Shown here piece after piece: positions 41,329-51,758 of a DNA stretch of 64,000 bases. A model generated the notes under the pieces. The model was not told the origin of the DNA, searched no databases, and saw nothing but the letters and a program-made list of their open reading frames with translations. The position numbers and the translations under genes were made by a program. The DNA lies in the NCBI GenBank assembly GCA_913009685.1, contig CAJVXP010000002.1, positions 50,172-114,171 on the forward strand, written 5' to 3'. The DNA comes from an uncultured Bacteroidota bacterium (GTDB lineage Bacteria; Bacteroidota; Bacteroidia; Bacteroidales; F082). Numbering within the stretch: the first letter of the stretch is position 1; the number at the start of each line of letters is the position of its first letter.

Positions 41329-44300
41329 ATGGCCGAAGCAAAAAAAATAGTACGATTAAGTAAAGCTGCCAGGGAGTTTAATATCAGCATGAATACGATT
41401 ATTGAATTCTTTGAAAAAAAAGGTTTTAAAATGGAAAGCTCGCCTAACACTAAGCTGGCCCCTGAAATGTATGAATTACTGATTAATGAGTTTCAGGCAG
41501 AGAAAGCCGTAAAAGAAAGCGCCCTTAAAAAGGGTCTTGAGTTTATAGGTAAAGAAACCATCAGTATTGAAGATGCTCTTATTAAAGAGAAACCGGTTAC
41601 TCAGGAAGAGTTTAAAGAATCGGATGAGCTTTTTATTACCAATACCAATGTTGGTTTTGATTCCACTGCGAAAGCAACAAAAGAAGAAATCATTCCTCAG
41701 AATGAAGAAGAAGAAAAAGCAGAACCGGAAATAAAAGAAGCAACAATCGAAAAACCGAAAAAAGAAGAGATTCCCAAAACGGATGTGTTACCTGCTGTAA
41801 AAGCAGAACCGGAAAAAGAACAGCCGGCAGCGGAAAAAGAAGCTGAACCCATTCCTGAAAAAGAGATCGTTAAGCCGGAAGAAGAAAAACCGGAAATAAC
41901 TCCCAAGCCTGCACCGGAAGAAGAAAAACCGGCAGCTGTCAAAGAGCAGAAGACCTCAGCCCCTGAAGAAAAAGGGATCAAGATTATGGGAAAAATCGAC
42001 TTGGAAAGCCTGAACCAAAAAACAAGACCGGCAAAGAAAACCAAAGCCGAAAGAAAAAAAGACGCAATACAGAAAAAAGGAAAAAATCAGCAGAGAACAA
42101 TTAAGGAACAAGAGAAACCGGCCAAAACGACACCTGCCGAAGAAATAAGATCAAAAAAAACAGAAGGGAAACAGGCACCAAAAGAGGATAACTTTATTCC
42201 TACAAAAGTTGAAAAACTAATCGGCCCTAAAATAGTAGATAAAATTATTCTTCCCGAAAAGAGAAAACCGGTTGCTTCATCTTCCGGCGAAGGCCACAAT
42301 AAAAAGAAAAGGCGTAGAATTGATACCCGCAAAAAAAGTGAAATAACGAAAGACAAAAGTTTTGCGGGCAAAGGAAAACATGACCGTCACCAGAAGGCCG
42401 GACACGGACATCCGAAAGTAATTAAACACGAGCCTACGGAGGAAGAAATCCAAAAACAAATTAAGGAAACACTGGCTCGGCTGGCTCCTACCGGAAAATC
42501 AAAATCTTCAAAATACAGAAGGCAAAAAAGGGAAAACATCTCCCATGCCCACGAAGAAGAGCTGAAAAAACAGAAACAGGAACAATTTATTCTTAAAGTA
42601 ACAGAATTTCTGACTGCCAATGAGCTTGCCAACATGATGGATACCAATGTTAATGATATCATTAAAACATGTATGCAAATTGGTCTTTTCGTGTCTATTA
42701 ACCAACGTCTCGATGCAGAAACAATCTCCCTGCTTGCTGAAGAATACGGATATAAGGTGAGTTTTGTCGATGTGGAAAATCACGAATCTTTGGAGGTTAA
42801 AGAAGAGAAAGACGACCCGTCCAAACTTGTGGGCAGAGCGCCCATCGTTACGGTCATGGGCCATGTTGACCACGGAAAAACCAAATTGCTCGACTATATC
42901 CGTAAAGCCAATGTGGTAGCTGGTGAAGCAGGCGGGATAACCCAGCATATCGGTGCATATGAGGTTACGACCGCCAACAACAAAAAGATCACCTTCCTCG
43001 ACACCCCGGGCCACGAAGCTTTTACTGCCATGCGGGCCCGTGGAGCTAAAGTTACGGATGTAGCCATTATTGTTATTGCCGCCGACGACGATGTGATGCC
43101 TCAGACCAAAGAGGCCATAAATCATGCACAGGCAGCAGGGGTTCCCATTGTTTTTGCTTTTAACAAAATTGACAAACCCACAGCCAATGTGGATAAAATT
43201 AAGGAGGAGCTGGCCGGCATAAATATTCTTGTTGAAGACTGGGGAGGAAAATATCAGTCGCAGGATATCTCGGCCATTACCGGTCAGGGAGTTCAGGAAT
43301 TATTGGAAAAAGTTTTGCTTGAAGCCGAAATGCTTGAGCTAAAAGCCAATCCCGACAAATCCGGAAAAGGCACTGTCATTGAAGCTTCTCTCGATAAAGG
43401 CCGGGGTTATGTCTCCACCATTCTGGTGCAGGATGGCTCCATTACCAAAGGTGATATCCTGATTGCCGGACCTGTTTTCGGACACGTGAAAGCCATGTTT
43501 AATGAAAGAGGCGAGAGTGTAAAATACGCAGGACCTTCCACTCCCGTTTTGTTGCTGGGGCTGAATGGAGCACCGCAGGCCGGTGATACATTTAATGTCC
43601 TGACCGATGAAAAAGAGGCCAAGTCAATTACTACCAAACGGCAACAGCTCATTCGTGAACAAAGTATGCGTTCGCAAAAACACATCACACTGGATGAAAT
43701 CGGTCGTCGTATTGCCATAGGTGACTTTAAAGAACTGAACATTATTGTAAAAGGAGATGTGGATGGCTCCGTTGAAGCGTTGAGTGATGCTTTACTGAAA
43801 CTTTCCACAGAAGAGACCAAAGTAAATATTATCCACAAAGCAGTGGGTGCCATTACCGAGTCGGACATTTTGCTGGCTTCGGCTTCTGATGCCATTGTCA
43901 TTGGTTTCCAGGTAAGGCCCATGCCGCAGGCACGTAAACTGGCTGAAAAAGAGCAAATTGACATTCGCCTCTATTCGATCATTTACAAAGCTACCGAAGA
44001 ACTGGAAACTGCCATTGAAGGTATGCTCGCACCCAAAATGGAAGAAAAAGTTACCTGTAACCTTGAGGTTCGCGAAACTTTCAAAATTACGAAAGTGGGA
44101 ACCATTGCCGGTTGTTATGTTATGGATGGTAAAATAAACCGGAATACCCGCGTTCGCCTGATTCGTGACGGCATTGTAGTTTACACCGGAAACCTCGGCT
44201 CGTTGAAACGCTTCAAAGATGACATGAAAGAGGTTGCTGCCGGTTACGAGTGTGGCTTGAATATCGAAAACTTCAACGACATAAAAGTGGGCGACATTAT

Positions 44301-44340
44301 TGAAGGTTTTGAAGAGGTTGAAGTTGCCCGTAAAAAATAA
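41329..44340 (+). CDS. infB: Translation initiation factor IF-2
   Basis: [40 protein letters not shown]; E/K/P-rich N-terminal linker. Confidence 0.97.
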   Translation: MAEAKKIVRLSKAAREFNISMNTIIEFFEKKGFKMESSPNTKLAPEMYELLINEFQAEKAVKESALKKGLEFIGKETISIEDALIKEKPVTQEEFKESDELFITNTNVGFDSTAKATKEEIIPQNEEEEKAEPEIKEATIEKPKKEEIPKTDVLPAVKAEPEKEQPAAEKEAEPIPEKEIVKPEEEKPEITPKPAPEEEKPAAVKEQKTSAPEEKGIKIMGKIDLESLNQKTRPAKKTKAERKKDAIQKKGKNQQRTIKEQEKPAKTTPAEEIRSKKTEGKQAPKEDNFIPTKVEKLIGPKIVDKIILPEKRKPVASSSGEGHNKKKRRRIDTRKKSEITKDKSFAGKGKHDRHQKAGHGHPKVIKHEPTEEEIQKQIKETLARLAPTGKSKSSKYRRQKRENISHAHEEELKKQKQEQFILKVTEFLTANELANMMDTNVNDIIKTCMQIGLFVSINQRLDAETISLLAEEYGYKVSFVDVENHESLEVKEEKDDPSKLVGRAPIVTVMGHVDHGKTKLLDYIRKANVVAGEAGGITQHIGAYEVTTANNKKITFLDTPGHEAFTAMRARGAKVTDVAIIVIAADDDVMPQTKEAINHAQAAGVPIVFAFNKIDKPTANVDKIKEELAGINILVEDWGGKYQSQDISAITGQGVQELLEKVLLEAEMLELKANPDKSGKGTVIEASLDKGRGYVSTILVQDGSITKGDILIAGPVFGHVKAMFNERGESVKYAGPSTPVLLLGLNGAPQAGDTFNVLTDEKEAKSITTKRQQLIREQSMRSQKHITLDEIGRRIAIGDFKELNIIVKGDVDGSVEALSDALLKLSTEETKVNIIHKAVGAITESDILLASASDAIVIGFQVRPMPQARKLAEKEQIDIRLYSIIYKATEELETAIEGMLAPKMEEKVTCNLEVRETFKITKVGTIAGCYVMDGKINRNTRVRLIRDGIVVYTGNLGSLKRFKDDMKEVAAGYECGLNIENFNDIKVGDIIEGFEEVEVARKK

Positions 44341-44357
44341 CAAATCGTTAATCGAAT

Positions 44358-44394
44358 AAAAAAAGCCTTGCGTCAGGTTCGATACAAGGCTTTT
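44358..44394. terminator. Bidirectional terminator after infB
   Basis: AAAAGCCTTG...CAAGGCTTTT. Confidence 0.75.
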
Positions 44395-44425
44395 GCGGGC
44401 GGGCTTTTTGGGTATTGCTACCCGA

Positions 44426-44620
44426 TTAAAGGAAAAAGGATCGCTTGTTAATAACAGAATAAAGACGGTAATGTTTCTTGTCGGTCTGGTCAAAGAAATA
44501 AACATTAGAGTCTTTAATAAAAACTTTGGCGGAAAGTTCTTTTACATCCTGCTCTTTGAGTCCTTGACTGGCAAGTTCTTTCAGCGAGAATATTTTGTTA
44601 ATTTGCATTGCCGTTTCCAT
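44426..44620 (-). CDS. Hypothetical 64-aa protein
   Basis: ATG 1 nt after the stop of the upstream zinc-ribbon ORF; globular-looking composition; ends just before the terminator. Confidence 0.55.
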   Translation of the reverse strand: METAMQINKIFSLKELASQGLKEQDVKELSAKVFIKDSNVYFFDQTDKKHYRLYSVINKRSFFL

Positions 44621-44621
44621 A

Positions 44622-44768
44622 TTATTTAACTTTTATTTTTACCTCTTCTTTTGCACAAACCGGACAAAAAGAATCTTTTATAATTGTTACATAACCACAG
44701 CGAGGGCATTTGTAATAATGATGTACTTTGATTTTAGGGTTCTTTATTGCCGGTTTCGTTCTTTCCAT
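44622..44768 (-). CDS. 48-aa zinc-ribbon/rubredoxin-like microprotein
   Basis: YKCPRCGYV...FCPVCAK, two CPxC knuckles. Confidence 0.6.
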   Translation of the reverse strand: MERTKPAIKNPKIKVHHYYKCPRCGYVTIIKDSFCPVCAKEEVKIKVK

Positions 44769-44780
44769 AGGAATTTTGTT

Positions 44781-44796
44781 AACAACTGCTGTGCCA
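44781..44796 (-). promoter_or_regulatory. Sigma54-like -24/-12 promoter
   Basis: TGGCAC-AGCAG-TTGT (consensus TGGCAC-N5-TTGC, one mismatch). Confidence 0.45.
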
Positions 44797-45037
44797 TATT
44801 TTAAACAGCGCACTTGTTAAATTGCCAACCGGTTACCCTTCACCCATTTATAAGACAAACAAAACAAAGACATGGGCCAGACTATCATATCAGCTATTCT
44901 CAAATCATGTACAGTTTCGGAGAAATTCCGTTTTCGGAAACAGCGAATTCATCCGATATAATAAAAAGAAGTTCGTTGTTTAAACGGGGACGGTTATCGA
45001 TGGTACCATACGTGTTATTTTATATTTTTGTAAAAAA

Positions 45038-45907
45038 ATGAAAACGTTAAAGATGAAATTCAGCAATTATCCATATTCGCTTTCTGCGCTAAGCAAAAGA
45101 ACCCGGGAAATCATAGACCAACAGTTTCGGCCAGGCGAAAAGCTGGCAATGTACAAAACCATTTTGGGACTTATAGACCTGACAACATTAAGTGGTAATG
45201 ATACACAGGAAAAGGTAAGGCTTCTTTGTGAGCAGGCTGTCGGTTTTGAAAACCGGGCATTAGGAACACCCAAAACGGCCGCGGTATGCGTTTATCCGGT
45301 TTTTGCTGAAATAGTTTCCAAATCTTTGAAAGGTTCCGGTGTAAAAACCGCTTGTGTGGCCGGTGCTTTCCCCAGCGGACAATCTCCTTTGGACGCCCGT
45401 CTTATGGAAGTAACTTATGCTATCGAAAACGGAGCTGATGAGATTGACATGGTCATTAGCCGTGGCCGCCTTATCGAAGGTGATGCCGAATACGTTTTAA
45501 AAGAGGTGAAAGCACACAAAGCGGTTTGTGGTAAGCATCATTTAAAGGTCATTCTGGAAACCGGCGAACTGAAAACGCCCCAACTTATCAGACAAGCCTG
45601 TATCCTGGCACTGGAGGGAGGAGCCGATTTTTTAAAAACCTCAACAGGAAAAGTCCTGCCGGCTGCTACACACGAAGCTGTACTGATTATGCTCGATACC
45701 ATCAAAGAATATTATAAAGTCAAAGGAAAAATGATTGGCATAAAACCAGCAGGCGGCATCTCAACACCCGAAGAGGCATTGAATTATTACCTTCTCGTTC
45801 AATCGGTTCTGGGTGAAAAATGGCTTAATAACAACTTCTTTCGTATAGGCGCCAGTCGCCTTGCAGGAAATCTCTATCACGCTATTGAAGAACTTGCTAC
45901 TGTTTGA
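45038..45907 (+). CDS. deoC: Deoxyribose-phosphate aldolase
   Basis: IDLTTL, AAVCVYP, GADEIDMV, LKVILETGEL, FLKTSTGK, KPAGG, RIGAS. Confidence 0.95.
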   Translation: MKTLKMKFSNYPYSLSALSKRTREIIDQQFRPGEKLAMYKTILGLIDLTTLSGNDTQEKVRLLCEQAVGFENRALGTPKTAAVCVYPVFAEIVSKSLKGSGVKTACVAGAFPSGQSPLDARLMEVTYAIENGADEIDMVISRGRLIEGDAEYVLKEVKAHKAVCGKHHLKVILETGELKTPQLIRQACILALEGGADFLKTSTGKVLPAATHEAVLIMLDTIKEYYKVKGKMIGIKPAGGISTPEEALNYYLLVQSVLGEKWLNNNFFRIGASRLAGNLYHAIEELATV

Positions 45908-45982
45908 ATATTACAGACTATGATTGGCAAAAAGCCATAGGCCGGACTCTTCCTTTTTCACTTTGTTGCAGCCTTTTCAATA

Positions 45983-46453
45983 CTAAATAAAGGGGTTAAT
46001 ACAAAGATTCCCGAAGTTGTTTTCTCTATATAGAAAGGGATTATCTTCATAATTATTCTCATCGCGAAACTTTTTGTTTTCTTTTTTTCTTATTTCCTCG
46101 TTAAGAATACCTTGTTCTTCAGAGAGTTTTGACAACACTTTATCGTAAATTTTGGCCACCTCATCACCCTGACTGTTGTAATAATTCAAACTGGCTTTGA
46201 TTTGGCTTTTAGTTACATGATAATGGTCGAACAAAACCTCATAGTAGCTTTTTTCGATATCGGTATATTCCGGATAATGAGTCCGGTTGTAAACGACAGC
46301 ACCCTCAATAAGCTCCATATCCGTAAGTATCCCGGCCATTTTGTCTTTGGGAATAAGGTTGACCGGCTTTTTTACGATATCCTTATTTACCTTGTAGCAT
46401 CCCGAAAAGATGAAAGCAAGAAGAATCAGTAACAATATAAAAGGCTTCTGCAT
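45983..46453 (-). CDS. Lipoprotein, DUF4296-like
   Basis: FSGC lipobox; KPVNLIPKDKM..IL.DM.L.E; SLNYY. Confidence 0.75.
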   Translation of the reverse strand: MQKPFILLLILLAFIFSGCYKVNKDIVKKPVNLIPKDKMAGILTDMELIEGAVVYNRTHYPEYTDIEKSYYEVLFDHYHVTKSQIKASLNYYNSQGDEVAKIYDKVLSKLSEEQGILNEEIRKKENKKFRDENNYEDNPFLYRENNFGNLCINPFI

Positions 46454-46456
46454 GGT

Positions 46457-48664
46457 TTAATTCCCCACTTCTGATAAAAATTTAATCCGCATCAGCCTCA
46501 CCTCTTCCTCATTATATTCAGCTTCTCCAAGCTCAGCCAGAGCTTCTTCCACAGAATCGGTCTTAGCTTCCAAAAAATAATCATAAATATCTTCCTGATG
46601 ATATTCGTCCACATGTTCATCAATATAGTAGTTGATGTCAAGGCGGGTTCCGGAAGATATAATTCTTTCTATTTCCGATAACATCTTGTCCAGGGTCAGG
46701 TTTTTTGCATGGGCAATATCTTCGAGAGGAAGTTTCCGGTCAATACTTTTAATAATATAAACCTTTAGTCCCGATTTGTTGATAACTGACTTAATGACAA
46801 TATCATTGGGACGCATAATGTCATTTTCTTCCACGTACTGCTTAATAAGATCGCAAAAAGGTTGTCCGTATTTTCTGGCCTTGCCGGCACCCACACCAAT
46901 AATTTGTTGCATTTCTTCCAGGGTTATGGGATACTGAATAGCCATATCTTCCAGCGACGGATCCTGAAAGATTACAAAAGGAGGCAGATTTTCTTCATGA
47001 GAAATTTCCTTACGCAAATCTTTCAACATAGAGAACAGTATAGGGTCGGAACCACTCATTCTCTGTCCTTTTCCCTGAATAACAATATCATCATCTCCCC
47101 CGCTTTCGTAATCATGGTCCTTGGCAAGCATAATGCTGTATGGGTGCAAAATAAATTCCTCTCCTGCTTTTGTGAGTACTAAGATGCCATAATTTTCAAT
47201 TTCTTTTTCAAGCAAACGCTGAATTAAGGCTTGCCGAATGACCATCACCCAATAACGACTATTTTTTTCTTTTCCCTTACCAAAAACATCTGTTTTGTTC
47301 AGCTTAATAGCTTTTACATCTCCGCTTTTCTTTCCGGCGATAACATCGGCAATCATATTCACCTTGTACTGTTGCTTTAACGCTTTAACCGTTACCAGTA
47401 CGGTTCTCACATCTTCCTTCCCTTCAAACTCTTCTTTAGGGTTCAGACAATTGTCACAGGAGCCGCAATTTTCTTTGGTATAAACTTCTCCAAAATAATG
47501 CAGTAATAATTTATGCCGACAAACGGATGACTCCGCATAAGCAACCGTTTCAAAAAGCAGCTCTTTTGCAATTTCCTGTTCTGCCACCGGCTTGTCCTTC
47601 ATAAATTTTTCCAACTTCTGGATATCATCGTAGCTGTAAAAAGTAATACAGTTGCCCTCGCCACCATCGCGACCGGCGCGACCGGTTTCCTGATAATAGC
47701 CTTCAATACTTTTAGGGATATCGTGGTGAATAACAAAACGGATATCCGGCTTGTCGATACCCATGCCAAAAGCAATGGTGGCCACAATGACATCCTCCTC
47801 CTCCATCAAAAACTTATCCTGATTATTACGCCGGGTAGCGGCATCTAATCCGGCATGATAGGGCACTGCTTTAATGCCATTCACCACAAGCGTCTCTGCA
47901 ATTTCAACCACTTTTTTACGACTCAGGCAATAAATGATACCTGATTTCCCCGGTTGTGTCTTTATGTATTTAATAATGTCTTTGATGACATTTTTTGTCT
48001 TGGGGCGCATCTCATAATACAGATTTGGCCTGTCAAAAGATGATTTAAACACGTGGGCATCAGCAATATCCAGTGTTTTCAAAATGTCCTCCTGCACTTT
48101 TAGTGTGGCTGTGGCAGTCAGGGCAATAACCGGAACCTGATGACCGATTGCCTGAATAATGGGTTTTAACTTACGATATTCAGGTCTGAAATCATGACCC
48201 CATTCCGAAATACAGTGGGCTTCATCAATGGCATAGAATGAAATGGGTATCTGTTTAAGAAACTGAATGTTATCTTCTTTGGTAAGGGACTCGGGAGCCA
48301 TGTATAGTAATTTGGTTTTGCCGATGAGCAAATCAGAACGCACCTGGTTCATTTCAGTTTTCGAGAGCGAAGAGTTCATAACGTGGGCTATTCCTATCTC
48401 GGAACCGAAGTTACGGATCATGTCCACCTGATTTTTCATTAACGCAATCAATGGGGATACAACGATGGCAGTACCCGGTTTGACGAGAGCGGGGAGCTGA
48501 TAGCACAAAGATTTTCCACCGCCTGTGGGCATAACGACAAAACTGTCATTTCCTGCCATGAGATTGTTGATAATAACTTCCTGATTCCCTTTAAATTTTG
48601 AAAAACCAAAAAAGCTTTTCAGCAAAGGTCTCAAGCCATATATGTCATTATTTATACTTTCCAT
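46457..48664 (-). CDS. recQ: ATP-dependent DNA helicase RecQ
   Basis: MPTGGGKSLCYQLP, DEAHCISEWGHDFRP, QETGRAGRDG, Zn site CR..CGSCDNC, HRDC domain. Confidence 0.97.
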   Translation of the reverse strand: MESINNDIYGLRPLLKSFFGFSKFKGNQEVIINNLMAGNDSFVVMPTGGGKSLCYQLPALVKPGTAIVVSPLIALMKNQVDMIRNFGSEIGIAHVMNSSLSKTEMNQVRSDLLIGKTKLLYMAPESLTKEDNIQFLKQIPISFYAIDEAHCISEWGHDFRPEYRKLKPIIQAIGHQVPVIALTATATLKVQEDILKTLDIADAHVFKSSFDRPNLYYEMRPKTKNVIKDIIKYIKTQPGKSGIIYCLSRKKVVEIAETLVVNGIKAVPYHAGLDAATRRNNQDKFLMEEEDVIVATIAFGMGIDKPDIRFVIHHDIPKSIEGYYQETGRAGRDGGEGNCITFYSYDDIQKLEKFMKDKPVAEQEIAKELLFETVAYAESSVCRHKLLLHYFGEVYTKENCGSCDNCLNPKEEFEGKEDVRTVLVTVKALKQQYKVNMIADVIAGKKSGDVKAIKLNKTDVFGKGKEKNSRYWVMVIRQALIQRLLEKEIENYGILVLTKAGEEFILHPYSIMLAKDHDYESGGDDDIVIQGKGQRMSGSDPILFSMLKDLRKEISHEENLPPFVIFQDPSLEDMAIQYPITLEEMQQIIGVGAGKARKYGQPFCDLIKQYVEENDIMRPNDIVIKSVINKSGLKVYIIKSIDRKLPLEDIAHAKNLTLDKMLSEIERIISSGTRLDINYYIDEHVDEYHQEDIYDYFLEAKTDSVEEALAELGEAEYNEEEVRLMRIKFLSEVGN

Positions 48665-48809
48665 GTATTCGGTAATATAAATTAAAATAGTACTTTTGGA
48701 CGATTAATCGTTACTTAAAAAACGATTAATTCCTAATTAGTTTATTGCATTGAACTATTACAAATATATTAATAATATTTTACAATAGCGCTAAAAATAT
48801 TTTTAAAAA

Positions 48810-49775
48810 TTGAAAAATTTAGAAAAAATTCGCCAAATTGCTCTTCAGACCATTGCTATGGAAAGCAAAGCGGTTGATAATTTAAAAAATTCCGTAAACC
48901 AGGATTTTGCCGATGCGGTCGAGATTATTTATAACTCACATGGCCGGGTAATAGTAACCGGTATTGGGAAAAGCGCCCACATTGCCTCAAAAATTGTAGC
49001 CACGCTGAATTCGACCGGAACCCCGGCCATTTTTATGCATGCCGCAGATGCTATTCATGGCGACCTCGGTATTGTCAGGAAGGAAGATGTGGTGATTGCC
49101 ATTTCCAAAAGCGGGGAAACCCCTGAGATAAAAGTTCTGGTTCCTCTGATAAAATCACGGGGAAATCAATTGATAGCCATTGTGGGAAACATCAATTCTT
49201 ATCTCGCTATCCAATCGGATAAGGTACTGAATGTTACTGTTGAAAAGGAAGCCTGCCCCAACAACCTGGCTCCTACTTCCAGCACAACAGCACAACTCGT
49301 TATGGGAGATGCTCTTGCTGTCAGCCTGCTGGAATTACGCGGTTTTACCCCCGGCGATTTTGCAAAAATCCATCCCGGAGGCACACTCGGCAAACGGCTA
49401 TATATGCGGGTTGCCGATCTTTTTGAGCGTAACCAGGTCCCTAAAGTCAATATCAATGAGACTATGGAAAACGTTATTCTCGAAATCTCATCCAAACGCC
49501 TCGGAGCTACCGCCGTCATGCAGAATCAGGTTCTTGTGGGAGTAATAACAGATGGCGATTTACGCCGTATGCTGGAAAAACATACTGATTTCAAAGAATT
49601 AAAAGCAGCCGATATTATGACCGCACATCCGCAAACCATTCAAAAAAACCGGCTGGCTGTTGATGCACTTGGTATCATGAAAGAAAATAATATTACTCAA
49701 CTTCCCGTTCTCGCCGGAGAGAAATATGTGGGAGTTGTGCATTTGCATGACATCTTAAAAGAGGGTATCTTATAA
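48810..49775 (+). CDS. kdsD: Arabinose-5-phosphate isomerase (KpsF/GutQ, SIS + CBS)
   Basis: GIGKSAHIA, HGDLG, SKSGET, EACPNNLAPTSST, HPGG, ITDGDLRR. Confidence 0.93.
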   Translation: MKNLEKIRQIALQTIAMESKAVDNLKNSVNQDFADAVEIIYNSHGRVIVTGIGKSAHIASKIVATLNSTGTPAIFMHAADAIHGDLGIVRKEDVVIAISKSGETPEIKVLVPLIKSRGNQLIAIVGNINSYLAIQSDKVLNVTVEKEACPNNLAPTSSTTAQLVMGDALAVSLLELRGFTPGDFAKIHPGGTLGKRLYMRVADLFERNQVPKVNINETMENVILEISSKRLGATAVMQNQVLVGVITDGDLRRMLEKHTDFKELKAADIMTAHPQTIQKNRLAVDALGIMKENNITQLPVLAGEKYVGVVHLHDILKEGIL

Positions 49776-50140
49776 TGAAAGCCGTTAAACCCAATGATTT
49801 TGATGCTTACCGGGAAGCTATGAATAAAAAACTGCTCTCTGCTCCCAACAATAAAATCATCAAACGTATATTTAATGTGGATACCAATGCTTACCGACCG
49901 GGCGCTTTGGATGAAAAAACAAAGGAAATGATGGGGCTGGTAGCTTCCATGGTGCTGAAATGCGACGACTGTATTTATTATCACCTGGAGCGCTGTTTTG
50001 ACAAAGGTGTTCAAACCGAGGAGCTTATGGAAGTTTTTGGTGTTGCCAATCTCGTGGGTGGCACCATTGTCATTCCACATACACGCCGGGCAATGGAATT
50101 TTGGGAATATTTGAAAGAAAACGGGGAAAACAAGAAGTAA
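49775..50140 (+). CDS. Carboxymuconolactone decarboxylase/AhpD-like protein
   Basis: GALDEKTKEM..LVAS...CDDCIYYH; start overlaps the kdsD stop. Confidence 0.85.
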   Translation: MKAVKPNDFDAYREAMNKKLLSAPNNKIIKRIFNVDTNAYRPGALDEKTKEMMGLVASMVLKCDDCIYYHLERCFDKGVQTEELMEVFGVANLVGGTIVIPHTRRAMEFWEYLKENGENKK

Positions 50141-50144
50141 AAAT

Positions 50145-50894
50145 ATGAAACTGTGGACAAAAAATCTGGTTAAAAAATATCATCAGCGAACGGTGGTAAA
50201 AAAAGTTTCCATCGAAGTGAATCAGGGTGAAATTATCGGGCTGCTGGGACCCAACGGCGCCGGCAAGACCACCACTTTTTACATGATGACCGGACTGATA
50301 AAGCCTTATGAGGGACAGGTTTTTTTCGATGACATGGAAATCACACACTTACCCATGTACAAACGGGCAAAACTCGGCATCGGCTACCTGTCACAGGAAG
50401 CCTCCATATTCAGGCAATTAAGCGTGGAAAACAACATAAAAGCAGTTTTGGAATTTACCAACTTTTCACGTGCAGAACAGAAAAAACGACTGGAATCCAT
50501 GTTGGATGAGTTTGGGCTGCAACGCATCCGTAAAAGTCTTGGTATCCAGCTTTCGGGAGGAGAACGTCGTCGGGTGGAAATAGCCCGTTCTTTGTCGGTT
50601 GACCCAAAATTTCTTTTGCTTGACGAACCTTTTGCCGGGGTTGACCCCATTGCTGTTGAAGATATTCAAAGTATTGTGGCAGAACTGAAAACCAAAAATA
50701 TTGGAATCCTGATAACCGACCACAATGTGCACGAGACATTGTCGATTACCGATCGCTCTTATCTGTTGTTCGAAGGTTCTGTAATGAAATATGGCACATC
50801 CGAAGAGTTAGCCAACGACAAACAGGTTCGTAAGGTTTACCTCGGACAAAATTTTGAATTGCGGAAAAAAGATTTGATGAATAATAAGGATTAA
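50145..50894 (+). CDS. lptB: LPS export ABC ATPase LptB
   Basis: GPNGAGKTTTFY, LSGGERRRVEIAR, LDEPFAGVDPIAV, ITDHNV, VYLG. Confidence 0.95.
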   Translation: MKLWTKNLVKKYHQRTVVKKVSIEVNQGEIIGLLGPNGAGKTTTFYMMTGLIKPYEGQVFFDDMEITHLPMYKRAKLGIGYLSQEASIFRQLSVENNIKAVLEFTNFSRAEQKKRLESMLDEFGLQRIRKSLGIQLSGGERRRVEIARSLSVDPKFLLLDEPFAGVDPIAVEDIQSIVAELKTKNIGILITDHNVHETLSITDRSYLLFEGSVMKYGTSEELANDKQVRKVYLGQNFELRKKDLMNNKD

Positions 50895-50901
50895 CCGGAA
50901 T

Positions 50902-51636
50902 TTATCCTTGTATATCAGTCAGATACATAATGAGTGACAGAAACAGATAAAGGAGAAAGATAAAGGGAACTGCCAGCATCTGAAGCCAGATAACCAACAC
51001 CAGAGAAATAGCAAGAAAAACATACTTCATCATGTTGTCGTTCCATCCAAAAGATTTAAATTTCAGCGAAAACATTGGAAAAGTGGTAATGAGCAGCAGT
51101 GACCCGAAAATGGTAACGGTTAGCAAAAAATAGGTGTTGGTAACAATCATATACGAAAAGTCCTGTAAAGGATACAGCTGCTGACGTATGACAGGTAAAG
51201 AAGCAATCAAAATGGCCAAAGCCGGAGTGGGGAGCCCATTGAATGAAGTGGCCTGAGTTTCATCAATATTAAATTTTGCCAGCCGCAAAGCCGACATCCA
51301 TGGAACCATGATGGCCAAAAACGGAAGAAAATCTATGCTCGATGCCACGGGGTTGCCATGGCTTAACAAAAACATTTGATACAGAATAAAACCCGGTGCA
51401 ACACCAAAAGTAACCATGTCGGACAACGAATCGAGTTGCAGTCCTATTTCCGATTTGGCATGGAGTAGCCGGGCGGAGAACCCATCAAAAAAATCAAAAC
51501 CGGCACCCACAAAAACGAAAATTCCGGCAAGCACCAAATCCGCCGGCGTTCCTTTAACACCAAAATATACTGAAACAATTCCTGAAGTCAGGTTCAGGAG
51601 AGTGATACTATTGGGGATATGATTTTTAAGTGCCAT
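50902..51636 (-). CDS. pssA: CDP-diacylglycerol--serine O-phosphatidyltransferase
   Basis: PNSITLLN, DFFDG..AR...G.QLDSLSDMVTFGVAP, RLAKFN, F.GLPTP. Confidence 0.9.
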   Translation of the reverse strand: MALKNHIPNSITLLNLTSGIVSVYFGVKGTPADLVLAGIFVFVGAGFDFFDGFSARLLHAKSEIGLQLDSLSDMVTFGVAPGFILYQMFLLSHGNPVASSIDFLPFLAIMVPWMSALRLAKFNIDETQATSFNGLPTPALAILIASLPVIRQQLYPLQDFSYMIVTNTYFLLTVTIFGSLLLITTFPMFSLKFKSFGWNDNMMKYVFLAISLVLVIWLQMLAVPFIFLLYLFLSLIMYLTDIQG

Positions 51637-51758
51637 ACGTAAATTTTATTCAAAATTACAAAGAAAACAGTTAAAAAGTATTTTTTTCTTACATATCCTT
51701 TTCGTAGTTAAGTTTCCGGTTACGATGTTTCTTACTTTTGCCACCTCAAAACAAAAGC

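Noticed and set aside
41700-41970. Direct repeats such as CCGGAAGAAGAAAAACCGG inside infB
   Set aside because: Ordinary E/K/P-rich linker of IF-2; not a CRISPR array or mobile repeat
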